Of a stretch of DNA of 64,000 nucleotides, positions 39,945-50,615 are shown piece by piece. Source of the DNA: an uncultured Gammaproteobacteria bacterium. Lineage in GTDB: Bacteria; Patescibacteriota; Microgenomatia; UBA10105; UBA927. Every line of letters begins with the position of its first letter. The stretch's first letter is position 1. The DNA lies in the NCBI GenBank assembly GCA_964573695.1, contig CAZNKB010000002.1, forward strand, positions 44,302 through 108,301. The letters run 5' to 3'. Below the pieces are notes generated by a model. It had not been told where the DNA came from and ran no database searches. It worked only from the letters and a program-made list of their open reading frames with translations. A program made the position numbers and the translations under genes.

Positions 39945-40271
39945 TTATCGGCGATCAAGCGCATCTTTCACAATACGTATCAGTGATGCACATGAAATCA
40001 CCAATCCAGCGGCAAACAAGATCAATGTGGCATTTGGCCTGGTTCCCCACCGCTCGTCAAGCTTGACGCCGACGACAAGCCCCAACACCATAGGAAGGGC
40101 GATATCAAACCCTATCTGCCCGGCAAGAGAAGCAAACTGCCAGCCGCCGCTTTTGTCTGCAACGGGCTTGTCGGCAGCCTTCATTTTGCGGGGACGAATA
40201 CCTGTTTCGACATCCTCCAAGATAACGTCGAAATATTCACCCTCCGATTGATCGTTGTTATCTGCTGTCAT
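39945..40271 (-). CDS. AtpZ/AtpI-family protein
   Basis: Two TM helices with GVKLDERWGTRP; first gene of the atp operon. Confidence 0.85.
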   Translation of the reverse strand: MTADNNDQSEGEYFDVILEDVETGIRPRKMKAADKPVADKSGGWQFASLAGQIGFDIALPMVLGLVVGVKLDERWGTRPNATLILFAAGLVISCASLIRIVKDALDRR

Positions 40272-40310
40272 AAATGATTGTATCCCAGACTCCTTTTGGT
40301 CGTCAACATA

Positions 40311-43300
40311 TTATGGCACCATGCGCCCGGTGCCCGGGTCTATGCCCCGCACGTCGTCTGCCAGCATCACCAGACGGTCGTCTTTCTGATCGACTTTGCC
40401 GGTAATCACTACCACGCTGTCGCGCACCCAGTGCCTCACGCTTCTTGCGTAAATCTTGGGAAAAATCACCACCTCAATATTTCCCGTCAAATCCTCAAGG
40501 CGGATAAACGCCATTTCGCTACCGCCGTTTTTGGTGATAATTTTTTTCACTTGGGCGACTAAGCCTATCACCTGGATGCGGTCACCCACGCGCTCCTCCG
40601 TGACTTGCGAAATAGGAGTCATCGCGTCTTTATTGCCGAGCTTTTCTAAGGTTCTCTCCAGAGGGTGCGCGGTCAGGTAAAAACCCAACAGCTCCTTTTC
40701 GAGCGCGAGAAGCTCATGGCTTGCAAGTTCCGGCAATTGCGGCAAATGATCCAACACGGTCGACTGCTTGGCATCACCCGAATCAAAGAGTCCGGTCTGT
40801 CCGATCGAGGCTGCTTTTCGATCCTTGTGTATCTGTTCCAGCGCGGATTCCACAATAGAAAGTAGCGCGGCCCGGGTGCCAAATGCCTCCATAGCCCCGG
40901 CCTGGATAAGACTTTCCAGTGTCTTTTTGTTGACCTTGGACACATCTACCCGGCGCAAAAAATCCGAAAATGTCGCAAATGAGCCGTCTTTTCGTGCACG
41001 CAAAATGCTCTCTATAGCAGCTTCTCCGACGTTTTTGATTGCCGACAATCCAAAACGGATGCGGCCGCTTTCTATGGAAAATTCGATATCAGACATATTG
41101 ATATCCGGCGGCAACAAAAATATCCCGGTCCGCTTGCACTCAGCCACGATCATGGCGATTTTTTCACTTCTCGTATCTCCGGTATTGGCTCTCGACTCGG
41201 CGGTGAGGACTGCCGTCATGTATTCAACCGGATAGTTAGCCTTAAGATATGCGGTCTGGTAAGCGATAACGGCATAACATGCTGCGTGTGCTTTGTTAAA
41301 TCCGTATCCGGCAAACGGCTCGATAAGGTGAAAAATTTCTTCGGCCTTGTTTCTGGTCATGCCGTTTTTGACACATCCTTCCACGAATTTTTCCTGCTGT
41401 TTTTTCATTTCCGAAGGGATTTTTTTACCGACGGCTTTACGAAGCTTGTCCGCATCTCCCCAGGAATATCCGGCCAGTGTAATAGCCGTGAGCAACACGT
41501 CATCCTGATAACAGATAAGCCCGTATGACTGGTTAAGCACGTCTTTGAGTCTCGGATCCGGGAATGTAATACTCTCGGGGTTATTTTTGCGCGAAATATA
41601 CTGCGGAATGACCTGCATTGGCCCCGGACGGAACAATGCCACCATAGCCATAAGATCAAATATCGTCGTCGGCTTGAGCTCCTTGATATATCGGCGCATA
41701 CCGGCCGACTCCAGCTGGAACACTCCGGTGGTTTCCCCCAAAGAAAGCATTTCAAATGTCTTTTTGTCCGTAAGCGGTATATCGTACACGTCAACAACTT
41801 TGCCTTTTACCTCCTCGATAAACCTGGTGGCTGTAGTCATGATCGTTAAGTTCCGAAGTCCCAAAAAATCCATTTTCAGAAGTCCTACCCCGTCCTCTCC
41901 TACGGTATACATATCGTACTGGGTGATAACCCGGTCTCCTTTGCTCTCGCGCTGGAGCGGGGTGTACTCGACCAGCGGCTTATCGGCAATCACGACTCCA
42001 GCCGCATGCACCGACGCGTGCCGGGCTACTCCTTCGAGTTTACGGGCCACGTCGAGCAACCGCTTGGTCTCGGGTTCGGTCCGATACGCCGCAGAAAGTT
42101 CCGGCGTCATATCGATCGCTTTGTCGATCGTCATCCCGAAACCCTGTGCTCCCGGGGGGATGAGCTTGGCTATCCGGTCGGGCTGGATGTAAGGCATACC
42201 CAACGCTCGTCCCGCATCCCGCACTGCTCCCCTGGCCTCCATGGTTCCGAACGTGATGATCTGCGCTACCTTGTCATCCCCGTACTTTTGGGTGACGTAG
42301 GCAATCACCTCGTCCCGCCGGTCATCCGCGAAATCCAGATCGATATCGGGAGGACTCGGCCTGTGGGGATTGAGGAACCGTTCAAACGGCAACCGGAAGA
42401 AAAACGGGTCAATACCGGTAATACCCAATACGTAGGAAATCACGCTGCCCGCAGCTGATCCACGGCCTGGACCAACTCCGATCCGCTGACTTTTGGCCCA
42501 GTTCACGAAATCCGAAACGATCAAAAAATACGTAGAGTATCCCTTTTTGGTGATGATATCGAGCTCATAGTTGATGCGTTCCCTGATCTCATCGGTTACC
42601 TTTTCATACCGATTGCCCACCCGCTCATCGATGAGTAATCGTAAATATTCTTCCGGCGTTTGCCCCTCCGGAACCGGGAACCTTGGCAATATCCACTTGC
42701 CCACAGAAAGCGTGATATTGCACATCGCTGCAATTTTTACCGTGTTTTCGATTGCCTCTGGATATTGGGCAAAGAGTTCGCTCATTTCGTCGGGACTCCG
42801 CAGGTAAAAATCCGGAGAACCCATCATCGACAACGGGCGGTTCTTTTCCACAATGGTTCGCTGGGTCTGTACGCACAGCAATATTTCTTGCGCTTCCGCA
42901 TCATCGGGCCTCACATAATGCACGTCATTGGTCGCGACAAGCGGCAACCCCAACTTGCGGGAAAGCGCCACCAATTTTTCGTTTACTTTCTCAATCTCCG
43001 GTATATTCGGATGCTTCTGAAGTTCTATATAATAATGATCGGGACCAAAAAGCTCTGCGTACTTTTGGGCTACCTCCTCAGCTTCTTTTAGCTTATCCTG
43101 CATGAGGAGTTGCGGCACCTGGCCGGCCAAACACGCGGACAGACAAATAATCCCTTCGTGATGCTTCGTCAGCAAATCCCAATCGATCCGGGGTTTGTAG
43201 TAGTATCCGTCCAAGTGGGCGTACGTTACGAGCTTAAGAAGATTCCTATAGCCTACATCATCTTTGGCAAGCAAGACGAGGTGATAGGGGTCCGTATCGA

Positions 43301-43544
43301 TTTTGCCTTCTTTATCGAGTCTGCTTCTTCGCGCCACATAAGTTTCGACCCCTAAAATGGGCTTGATACCCGCAGCTTTGGCTTTGAGATAAAATTTGAA
43401 GCTGCCGTACATTGAACCATGATCAGTCAGGGCCAGGGTGTCCATACCCATTTCCTTGGTTCGTGCGATAAGCTGATCCAATTTACCCAGTCCGTCGAGA
43501 AGGGAAAATTCGCTATGAACGTGCAAATGTACGAAGTTCGCCAT
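40311..43544 (-). CDS. dnaE: DNA polymerase III alpha subunit
   Basis: HLHVHSEFSLLDG PHP domain, GRGSAAGS, PDIDLDF, YGFNKAH, OB fold. Confidence 0.98.
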   Translation of the reverse strand: MANFVHLHVHSEFSLLDGLGKLDQLIARTKEMGMDTLALTDHGSMYGSFKFYLKAKAAGIKPILGVETYVARRSRLDKEGKIDTDPYHLVLLAKDDVGYRNLLKLVTYAHLDGYYYKPRIDWDLLTKHHEGIICLSACLAGQVPQLLMQDKLKEAEEVAQKYAELFGPDHYYIELQKHPNIPEIEKVNEKLVALSRKLGLPLVATNDVHYVRPDDAEAQEILLCVQTQRTIVEKNRPLSMMGSPDFYLRSPDEMSELFAQYPEAIENTVKIAAMCNITLSVGKWILPRFPVPEGQTPEEYLRLLIDERVGNRYEKVTDEIRERINYELDIITKKGYSTYFLIVSDFVNWAKSQRIGVGPGRGSAAGSVISYVLGITGIDPFFFRLPFERFLNPHRPSPPDIDLDFADDRRDEVIAYVTQKYGDDKVAQIITFGTMEARGAVRDAGRALGMPYIQPDRIAKLIPPGAQGFGMTIDKAIDMTPELSAAYRTEPETKRLLDVARKLEGVARHASVHAAGVVIADKPLVEYTPLQRESKGDRVITQYDMYTVGEDGVGLLKMDFLGLRNLTIMTTATRFIEEVKGKVVDVYDIPLTDKKTFEMLSLGETTGVFQLESAGMRRYIKELKPTTIFDLMAMVALFRPGPMQVIPQYISRKNNPESITFPDPRLKDVLNQSYGLICYQDDVLLTAITLAGYSWGDADKLRKAVGKKIPSEMKKQQEKFVEGCVKNGMTRNKAEEIFHLIEPFAGYGFNKAHAACYAVIAYQTAYLKANYPVEYMTAVLTAESRANTGDTRSEKIAMIVAECKRTGIFLLPPDINMSDIEFSIESGRIRFGLSAIKNVGEAAIESILRARKDGSFATFSDFLRRVDVSKVNKKTLESLIQAGAMEAFGTRAALLSIVESALEQIHKDRKAASIGQTGLFDSGDAKQSTVLDHLPQLPELASHELLALEKELLGFYLTAHPLERTLEKLGNKDAMTPISQVTEERVGDRIQVIGLVAQVKKIITKNGGSEMAFIRLEDLTGNIEVVIFPKIYARSVRHWVRDSVVVITGKVDQKDDRLVMLADDVRGIDPGTGRMVP

Positions 43545-43546
43545 GA

Positions 43547-44869
43547 TTAAAGTTTACTGACGAGTAAAGACAATACTTTTTGTTTATCCCCTTTTCCCGC
43601 TAGTTTCTTAAGCACCATACCATACAGGAACATTTTTGCCTGTTCCTTCCCTGATTTATAATCCTGCACCGCTTTGGGGTTCTGTGCGACTACCTCGTCA
43701 ATAGTCTCCATGAGGACACTCTCGTCCACCGCCACGATTTGTTTGCTTTGGATAATTTGTTCGGCAAGATGCGTGGGCACGACGCCGGAAGTATCGGTAA
43801 CTTTGTTAATAATCCAATTGGCAACCGTTGGCCCAGAAATATTCGCCTGGCGGACAGAAGGCAATGAAGCCGTCTCCTCAAACAATTTCATTTTTCCGAA
43901 ATCTTCGCTCAACACATTTGCCTGGCTATCATTTAACCCGTATGTTTCTTTGACCGCTTTTTTGTAGGCGTCGGGGAGTTGGGGCATGGCCGCTTGTATC
44001 GCGTCCACATAGGCTTTCGTAAAGCGCATGGGGGGAATATCCGGCTCAGGAAAATACCGGTAGTCAGCCGCACCTTCTTTGGTACGTTGGGATACGGTAG
44101 CCGCTTTTGCTTCATCCCACCCCCGCGTTTCCTGTACGGGAATCTCACCCCGATCCAAAATCGCAGCGTGACGAGCGATTTCATATTCTATGGCAGACAC
44201 CGCAAAACGGAACGAATTGATGTTTTTCACTTCGACTTTATAGGGCGGCAACTCCGTTTCTCCCGCTTTCCGCAAGGAAATATTGGGCTCTAACCTCATG
44301 GATCCTTTTTCCATGTCGGCATCGGAAATTCCCAGGTACCGTACAATCTGATGCAATTTTTTGAGAAATTCCTTCGCTTGTTCGCTACTTGTAATGTCTG
44401 CCTCCGTCACGATCTCAACCAACGGCACCCCCGACCGGTTAAAATCTACCAGGGTTACTTTTTTCCCGTCAATCACGGCATGCTGTAATTTGCCGGTGTC
44501 TTCTTCAAGGTGTACCCGATGAATCCGTACGTCGCCGAACGACGTAGAAATTTTGCCGCCCTGACATAGTGGCTGATCGTATTGGGAAATCTGATAACCT
44601 TTAGGAAGATCGGGATAAAAATAGTGCTTGCGGTCAAACTTGGAAACCTCGGCGATTGTGCTTCCCAACGCCAATCCCAACATGATCGTCCAATCTACTG
44701 CCTGTTTATTGGGGATTGGCAATGCGCCGGGCAACCCCAGACACACGGGACACGTTCCCGTGTTTGGTTTTTTGCCGAAATGGTCGGCCGGGCACCCGCA
44801 GAACATCCCGCTCTTGGTTTTGAGCTCGACATGTATCTCTAACCCGATGACTGGTTCGTACGTATCCAT
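43547..44869 (-). CDS. gatB: Asp/Glu-tRNA amidotransferase subunit B
   Basis: IGLEIHVEL, YFYPDLPKGYQISQ, DYRYFPEPD. Confidence 0.97.
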   Translation of the reverse strand: MDTYEPVIGLEIHVELKTKSGMFCGCPADHFGKKPNTGTCPVCLGLPGALPIPNKQAVDWTIMLGLALGSTIAEVSKFDRKHYFYPDLPKGYQISQYDQPLCQGGKISTSFGDVRIHRVHLEEDTGKLQHAVIDGKKVTLVDFNRSGVPLVEIVTEADITSSEQAKEFLKKLHQIVRYLGISDADMEKGSMRLEPNISLRKAGETELPPYKVEVKNINSFRFAVSAIEYEIARHAAILDRGEIPVQETRGWDEAKAATVSQRTKEGAADYRYFPEPDIPPMRFTKAYVDAIQAAMPQLPDAYKKAVKETYGLNDSQANVLSEDFGKMKLFEETASLPSVRQANISGPTVANWIINKVTDTSGVVPTHLAEQIIQSKQIVAVDESVLMETIDEVVAQNPKAVQDYKSGKEQAKMFLYGMVLKKLAGKGDKQKVLSLLVSKL

Positions 44870-44874
44870 ACGCA

Positions 44875-46287
44875 TTATTTCAAATCCGGAGCCCTTTCGT
44901 GCCACGATGTACCCGACTGGTAAGCATGACCCAATGCAAACAGCGTGCTTTCAGAAAACATATTGCCGACTAATTGCATCCCGATCGGAAGCCCCGTGGA
45001 TCCAAATCCGCATGGCAATGCCAAAGACGGTAATCCAACAATATTAACGGTCACGGTATAAAGATCAGCCATCATGTTTTTGATCGGATCATCCAGAAGT
45101 TCCCCAAACTTCGGCGGCATAATCGGCGTTACCGGGGAAAGGATCGCATCGAAACCGGATAATAATTTTTTGTATTCCCACATTAATATGGAGCGTACTT
45201 TTTGCGCCTTTTTGTAATACGCATCATAATACCCGGAAGAAAGCGCATATGTGCCGGTCATGATGCGACGTTTGTTTTCCTTGGTAAATAAATTTCTCCC
45301 AAATCCAAAACGCACCCCGTCGTAGCGACCCAAGTTGGAGCTCGTTTCACTCGGCGCCAAAATGTAATACACGGGAACACCATATTCCAAAAGCGGAAGC
45401 GATACGTCCTCTACCACCGCCCCCTTCGATTCAAACACGCTACGCGCTTGTAAGATTGCTTCCCGGATTTCCGGATCCAGAGCATTACCGTAAAACTCCG
45501 TGGGAAACGCAATCCTCTTCCCTTGTATATCTTTCCCTATTTCGGCACTGTATTTGGGAACAGGAATCGGGGAACTTGTTGCGTCGTATTCATCTTTTCC
45601 TGCGATTTCCTCGAGAATTACAGCGCAATCCTGCGCAGTTTTGGCAGTCGGACCCATGGTATCGAGACTGGAGGCATACGCAATAGCGCCGTAGCGGCTC
45701 ACTCGACCATAGGTCACTTTCATCGCGGTAATATTATTCCAGGCCGCCGGATTTCGAATCGAACCACCGGTATCCTCTCCTATGGCAAATGAACAAAATC
45801 GTGATGCTACTGCCGCTGCCGGTCCGCCGCCACTACCTCCGGCACTGCGGGTCGCGTCAAAGGGATTTTTGCACACGCCGTAATCGGTGTTTTCGGTGCT
45901 GGCTCCGTGCCCCCAGGAATCCATATTCATCTTCCCTAAAAGGATCGCTCCTGCATTTTCCAGTTTCTGATGAACGGTAGCGCTGTACTGCGGGATAAAA
46001 TTATCCAAAATTTTGCTTGCTGCAGTGGTACGGACACCGCGGGTCACAAACGCATCCTTCATGACGTAAGGTATACCAGCAAGAGGGGACGTATAGGATT
46101 CAAGATTTCGGGCGATATCTTTGGCCTTGGCAAGTGCGGTTTCCTTATCGACAACGGTGATAAACGCGTGCATCTTAGGATCAAATGCTTCGATGCGTCC
46201 GTAACACTCCTCGATAAGCGACGGTAACGAAATTTCTCCGCTTCGTATCTTTGCTGCTATGACAGTAATCGGAAGGTCGACGATCAT
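44875..46287 (-). CDS. gatA: Asp/Glu-tRNA amidotransferase subunit A
   Basis: Amidase signature GGSGGG, DTGGSIRNPA; SSNLGRYDG. Confidence 0.96.
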   Translation of the reverse strand: MIVDLPITVIAAKIRSGEISLPSLIEECYGRIEAFDPKMHAFITVVDKETALAKAKDIARNLESYTSPLAGIPYVMKDAFVTRGVRTTAASKILDNFIPQYSATVHQKLENAGAILLGKMNMDSWGHGASTENTDYGVCKNPFDATRSAGGSGGGPAAAVASRFCSFAIGEDTGGSIRNPAAWNNITAMKVTYGRVSRYGAIAYASSLDTMGPTAKTAQDCAVILEEIAGKDEYDATSSPIPVPKYSAEIGKDIQGKRIAFPTEFYGNALDPEIREAILQARSVFESKGAVVEDVSLPLLEYGVPVYYILAPSETSSNLGRYDGVRFGFGRNLFTKENKRRIMTGTYALSSGYYDAYYKKAQKVRSILMWEYKKLLSGFDAILSPVTPIMPPKFGELLDDPIKNMMADLYTVTVNIVGLPSLALPCGFGSTGLPIGMQLVGNMFSESTLFALGHAYQSGTSWHERAPDLK

Positions 46288-46289
46288 GG

Positions 46290-46631
46290 TTATTTTTCCT
46301 CGAGCACCCGGTCAACTACAAAAAACCCGTTGTGTGTGCGTGCCGCATTGGCGAGCGCTTCTTCCTGGGTAAACATACGATGCTCATCTACGACGTCTTC
46401 GCGCAACACGTTTTCCATTCCGGTCACCTGACTCGTTTCTATGACACCGGACGTATCCAGCGACGAAAGATGTGACACGTACGCCACGGTGACACCGACT
46501 TGCTCGGTAAGCTCGACTGCTTGCTCTGTGGTGAGCGGGAGATTGGCAAGTCTTGCGATATGATCTATGTCACTTGCCGTCACCATAGGAGGGGCATTGG
46601 TAGCTTTTGGGGATTTGCGCGCGGGTTTCAT
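46290..46631 (-). CDS. gatC: Asp/Glu-tRNA amidotransferase subunit C
   Basis: IDHIARLANL...NVLRED...ALANA...GFFVV. Confidence 0.92.
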   Translation of the reverse strand: MKPARKSPKATNAPPMVTASDIDHIARLANLPLTTEQAVELTEQVGVTVAYVSHLSSLDTSGVIETSQVTGMENVLREDVVDEHRMFTQEEALANAARTHNGFFVVDRVLEEK

Positions 46632-46715
46632 GGGCTCATTATAGCGGAAATAAACGTACTGCAACATAGGTTTAAGTTATTGCGAACATGACCTCCTTCG
46701 GGTACGCTACTATGT

Positions 46716-47003
46716 ATGAGTAAATATCGCGCGGCAGTCCAGCAGATGCTGGAAGAAAACAAAGAATTGTTTGATGAATTTAAACCTATCCATGATGCGT
46801 ATGTAGTAAATCCCGCCGCCAATCAGGCGAAATACAATTCTATCGGAGCTACCGTTATGGATGTCATCCGGGATTACGAACGCAAATTGTGCGCCAAAAT
46901 GGGAGCCGGACAATACAGCAAATTCAGCATGAACCTTTCGGAAAAGTTTATGGAAGAAATAAAAGCAATTTACCCCAAAATCATGTTCATCGGTATCGAA
47001 TGA
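46716..47003 (+). CDS. Hypothetical protein
   Basis: 95 aa helical ORF that fills the gap. Confidence 0.75.
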   Translation: MSKYRAAVQQMLEENKELFDEFKPIHDAYVVNPAANQAKYNSIGATVMDVIRDYERKLCAKMGAGQYSKFSMNLSEKFMEEIKAIYPKIMFIGIE

Positions 47004-47046
47004 AACGATACCCCCTGTGGCATAGCTACACGTCGGGATATGAAAC

Positions 47047-47808
47047 CTACACCACGCTCATTCTTTCCTGTATGGCTTGTCGCGCGCGTTGGGCGTATTG
47101 GTCATCCAGCGACACCAACGCTATCTCTTTGGCGTATTTTTGCGAGACGGCTTTTGCGATCAGCCAGTCTGCAATCGCCGGGTTTTTCGGCAGGAGCGGT
47201 CCGTGGAAATAGCTGCCGATTGAATTTTTATACACAGCACCCTCCCACGTATCAGTGCCATTGTTGCCGTTTCCGGAAATTACCCGGGCCAACGGTTTCA
47301 TCTTCGGCCCCAGATAGGTCCTGCCGCCATGATTTTCGAACCCCACGATAATTGTGCCGGATAGTTCCGAAGGATACGCTATTTTTGCCGCGACATTCCC
47401 AATCAGGCGCTTGGCCTGGTCTCCGGGATGCACGGTTGTCAGATCAAAAATGCCTGCGCCTGGGATATTGTTTCCTGTGTACGGTTTGTAATAATGTCCG
47501 ACGAACTGATACGCGGCGCAAACAAATAACGCCGGTACACCTTTTTCCACCATTTTTTTGACGACTGGCCCTTTCCGCTTCAAAAAATCTTCGCCGGCCA
47601 GATGCTGCTGCCGATCCTGGGCGCCCCCCATAAAAATGAGATCGCAGGATGCAAGCGACGATATGTTTGTCTCCAGCGTAATAGGAACCACTTCTGCCTG
47701 TATTCCCCGCCACAGGCAACGCTTTTTGAGCACAATCACATTGCCCCTATCCCCATAGGTACTCATAAGGTCAGGGTAAAGCCACGCTATATTGAGACTG
47801 TATTTCAT
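47047..47808 (-). CDS. gatD: Lipid II amidotransferase glutaminase subunit (CobQ-like)
   Basis: YGDRGN, GGAQD, GFENH, HGPLLPKNP; adjacent to murT. Confidence 0.9.
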   Translation of the reverse strand: MKYSLNIAWLYPDLMSTYGDRGNVIVLKKRCLWRGIQAEVVPITLETNISSLASCDLIFMGGAQDRQQHLAGEDFLKRKGPVVKKMVEKGVPALFVCAAYQFVGHYYKPYTGNNIPGAGIFDLTTVHPGDQAKRLIGNVAAKIAYPSELSGTIIVGFENHGGRTYLGPKMKPLARVISGNGNNGTDTWEGAVYKNSIGSYFHGPLLPKNPAIADWLIAKAVSQKYAKEIALVSLDDQYAQRARQAIQERMSVV

Positions 47809-49094
47809 AATATTTTCCGCCCTTTGAGGATTTTACGCACTTCAAGCATCGCGGAATAGGTCGCCAATACATAGAGCGGCTCTTTGGTCGGAAGCGCTCT
47901 TCTTGCGTGCATAAGCGCCTGATCTAACTCAGGAAACACTTTCGGCACTGCTCCACTGGCGTATTTCATCCGAAGCGCCATGTCATAAACACGGTCGCCG
48001 CTTACCAGCACGGTATATTTATCCGGTATTGTTTCGAAATCTACATCCCATATCCAGCTGACGTCCCTACCGTCGGGGATGCGATCATTGATAACAATCA
48101 AAAACTCTTTCGCGCCCATTTCCAAAACAGTACGAATAGACGCGTTAAACCCGGCCGGATTTTTGGATAGGAAAAGCCGAACTGTTTTATCTCCCATGAG
48201 GATCTCTTCCTGCCGCCCGAACGCGGGAGTAAATGATTTTAGGGATTTTTTGATTTCGGTCTCGGGGATATCCAGCGATTTGGCAAGAGCGACGGCTGCA
48301 AGGGTGTTGTATTGGTTATAAAGTCCAGGCAACGTCATTGGCCAACGGTAGACTGTGGGTGTCGGACGTCGGGCTCCGCATGAGGTACATCGCCACTGAC
48401 CAATGTGGGAATAATACACGCCGTCGTATGTGAGCCGATGCCCGCACGCGGGACAAAATATAGAATCCGTCGCGTGTTCTTTGACTTTCAGGAATTTTGA
48501 CGCCTCTTCCAGTCCGAAGTATATAATCGGTCCTTTTACCTTTGCTCCTATACTCGCGACCCCCGGATCGTCACTATTTATAATATAGGTACAATCTTTG
48601 GAGATTTTTGAAAGTGCCCTGGTCCATTTTTCCACGATGACATCTACCTCACCATACCGGTCCAGCTGATCCCGGAATAAGTTAAGAAGCATAACGCGCT
48701 TGGGAGACAGGAACCTCAAGATTATGGGGAGAGAATTCTCGTCAATTTCGAAAATTCCTACATCCGCCCGTACTCTTCCAAGCCAATCGGCATTACGGAT
48801 AAAAGCAGAGGCAATTCCGTTGACTAAATTTGCACCCGTCGCATTGTGCACGACACTGTCACCGATATGCTCAAGGATAGTTTTGACCATGAGGGAGGTC
48901 GTCGTCTTGCCGTTGGTGCCCGCAACAAGGATCACCCCGTCAGAAAGCTTACTCACAAGTGATGTAATGATATTGGGGCGCAAACGGAGAGCGATTTCTC
49001 CCGGCCATGTTTCTCCCGCCCCCAAGCCCAGCAAGGAACTGGCAAACGACACAAATTTCGTGAGGACAACGACGAGGTGGTCTAACAAACCCAT
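47805..49094 (-). CDS. murT: Lipid II amidotransferase Mur-ligase subunit
   Basis: GTNGKTTT, NLFRDQLDRYGE, CxxC..CxxC, KNPAG, DGRDVSWIWD. Confidence 0.93.
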   Translation of the reverse strand: MGLLDHLVVVLTKFVSFASSLLGLGAGETWPGEIALRLRPNIITSLVSKLSDGVILVAGTNGKTTTSLMVKTILEHIGDSVVHNATGANLVNGIASAFIRNADWLGRVRADVGIFEIDENSLPIILRFLSPKRVMLLNLFRDQLDRYGEVDVIVEKWTRALSKISKDCTYIINSDDPGVASIGAKVKGPIIYFGLEEASKFLKVKEHATDSIFCPACGHRLTYDGVYYSHIGQWRCTSCGARRPTPTVYRWPMTLPGLYNQYNTLAAVALAKSLDIPETEIKKSLKSFTPAFGRQEEILMGDKTVRLFLSKNPAGFNASIRTVLEMGAKEFLIVINDRIPDGRDVSWIWDVDFETIPDKYTVLVSGDRVYDMALRMKYASGAVPKVFPELDQALMHARRALPTKEPLYVLATYSAMLEVRKILKGRKIL

Positions 49095-49133
49095 ACCCCT
49101 CATTATCGCGCAACATGGGCGCACAAGGCAAAC

Positions 49134-49628
49134 TTACGCCGCTATCGGTACGTTGAGAAACACATGGACAAACACTTCCTGCCCTTTGTAGGTTATGGTC
49201 TCGACGCCGACCGTCAGGGGTATATCGGGGTAATGCTTCGTGATGTGGTAACGATACTGCCAATCACCGTCCGGATCCGGATGTATATCCGAATGTAACC
49301 TCGTCTTATCAGCAAGTGCCGAAAGCTTCTGTTTGTGATAGGCAAGCACCTGATCTTCCGTAACTCGCAAATCGCGTAACTTTTCCTGCCTTACAATTCC
49401 CCCGGCAAACACCCGGGTAGTTATCTCACCTCCCAATCGCGCGATGTCCTGTCCTCCGCCCGTACGCCTGAAAAACCACTGGTCATTATAATCCGCATCC
49501 ATATCAGGGTATGACTCGGCGCTTTCCTTCCCATGAAACGGCCCGCGGGATATCTCTCGGGGCGTTTGGTTCCCGGCATAGCCGTCCTGTAGACCCTTGA
49601 CCAAGATTTTCTCGGCGTTATTTGTCAT
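49134..49628 (-). CDS. Hypothetical protein (DUF5680-like)
   Basis: GYAG...YNDQWF...GGQ...ETITYKGQEVF pattern. Confidence 0.6.
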   Translation of the reverse strand: MTNNAEKILVKGLQDGYAGNQTPREISRGPFHGKESAESYPDMDADYNDQWFFRRTGGGQDIARLGGEITTRVFAGGIVRQEKLRDLRVTEDQVLAYHKQKLSALADKTRLHSDIHPDPDGDWQYRYHITKHYPDIPLTVGVETITYKGQEVFVHVFLNVPIAA

Positions 49629-49632
49629 ATGG

Positions 49633-50532
49633 TCACAACGCGCGCAGGCGCTTGATACGTTCTTCTATCGGTGGATGTGTATTAAACGCATTCGCAAACC
49701 ATGCACCGAAATTTTTACCCTTAAACGGATTGGTGATATAAAGATGCGCAGTCGCATTGGTAGCCGCTTCCAACACTTCACGGTCTCGGCCGAGTTTTTC
49801 AAGTGCGCGGGCTAGCCCTTCGGGATACCGGGTAAGCTTGGCACCCGACACATCCGCCAGATACTCACGGTTGCGGCTGGCAGCCATCTGGATGAGCATA
49901 GCAAGAATAGGCGAGATAATGGCAAGTACTATCCCTATAATCATAAGGAGACCTCCGAGTCCGCGGTCATCATCGCGGTCGCGCCGACTGCCTCCCCACC
50001 ACAATGAACGGAGGAACATATCCGCCAAATAAGCTACGGTACCGACAAGGACCGCGACCACTGCCATAAGCCGGGTATCAAAGTTTTTGATGTGTGACAG
50101 CTCGTGGGCGATAACGCCTTCCAATTCGCGCCGGTCAAGGCGATCGAGTATGCCCGTGGTAGCTACCACGATCGCGTGCTGTGGATCTCTCCCAGTCGCA
50201 AACGCGTTCATGGCGGTGTCTTCTATAACATAGAGTCTTGGTTTGGGAATCCCAGCGGCAATCGACAAATTTTCTGCTACGGTAAAAAAGTCAAAATCCC
50301 GTTTGCGATCGGCAGGTCTCGCTTGCGACATCGCGATAATAAGAGAATCCCCAAAGTAATAGCTTGCAAAGCTTGAAATGACGGAAAATAATACGGCAAA
50401 CCACATGAAGCTGTTGCCGTACCCCGACGCCTGACCGAATACATAGGCCAAAAGAACGACAAAAACGATAAACGCGACCATGATCACGTACGTTTTGGTG
50501 ACATTCGACTGAATGGCGGAAGACAGTGTCAT
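49633..50532 (-). CDS. htpX: HtpX zinc metalloprotease (M48)
   Basis: NAFATG, AHELSH, REYLAD, THPP. Start taken at 50532. Confidence 0.94.
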   Translation of the reverse strand: MTLSSAIQSNVTKTYVIMVAFIVFVVLLAYVFGQASGYGNSFMWFAVLFSVISSFASYYFGDSLIIAMSQARPADRKRDFDFFTVAENLSIAAGIPKPRLYVIEDTAMNAFATGRDPQHAIVVATTGILDRLDRRELEGVIAHELSHIKNFDTRLMAVVAVLVGTVAYLADMFLRSLWWGGSRRDRDDDRGLGGLLMIIGIVLAIISPILAMLIQMAASRNREYLADVSGAKLTRYPEGLARALEKLGRDREVLEAATNATAHLYITNPFKGKNFGAWFANAFNTHPPIEERIKRLRAL

Positions 50533-50534
50533 GT

Positions 50535-50610
50535 TGTCATTACGAGGGAATACGATGACCGAAGCAAGCTCGGCCATACGGGGATCCCTCGATATAATTC
50601 TCGGGATGTC
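50535..50610. repeat. Degenerate REP-like palindromic element
   Basis: TGTCATTACGAGG...CGAAGCAAGCTC...GGGATCCCTCG...CTCGGGATGTC between lemA and htpX. Confidence 0.5.
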
Positions 50611-50615
50611 GTTTA

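Noticed and set aside
40311-43544. Intein or split in dnaE
   Set aside because: Length and motif order are normal; no insertion seen.
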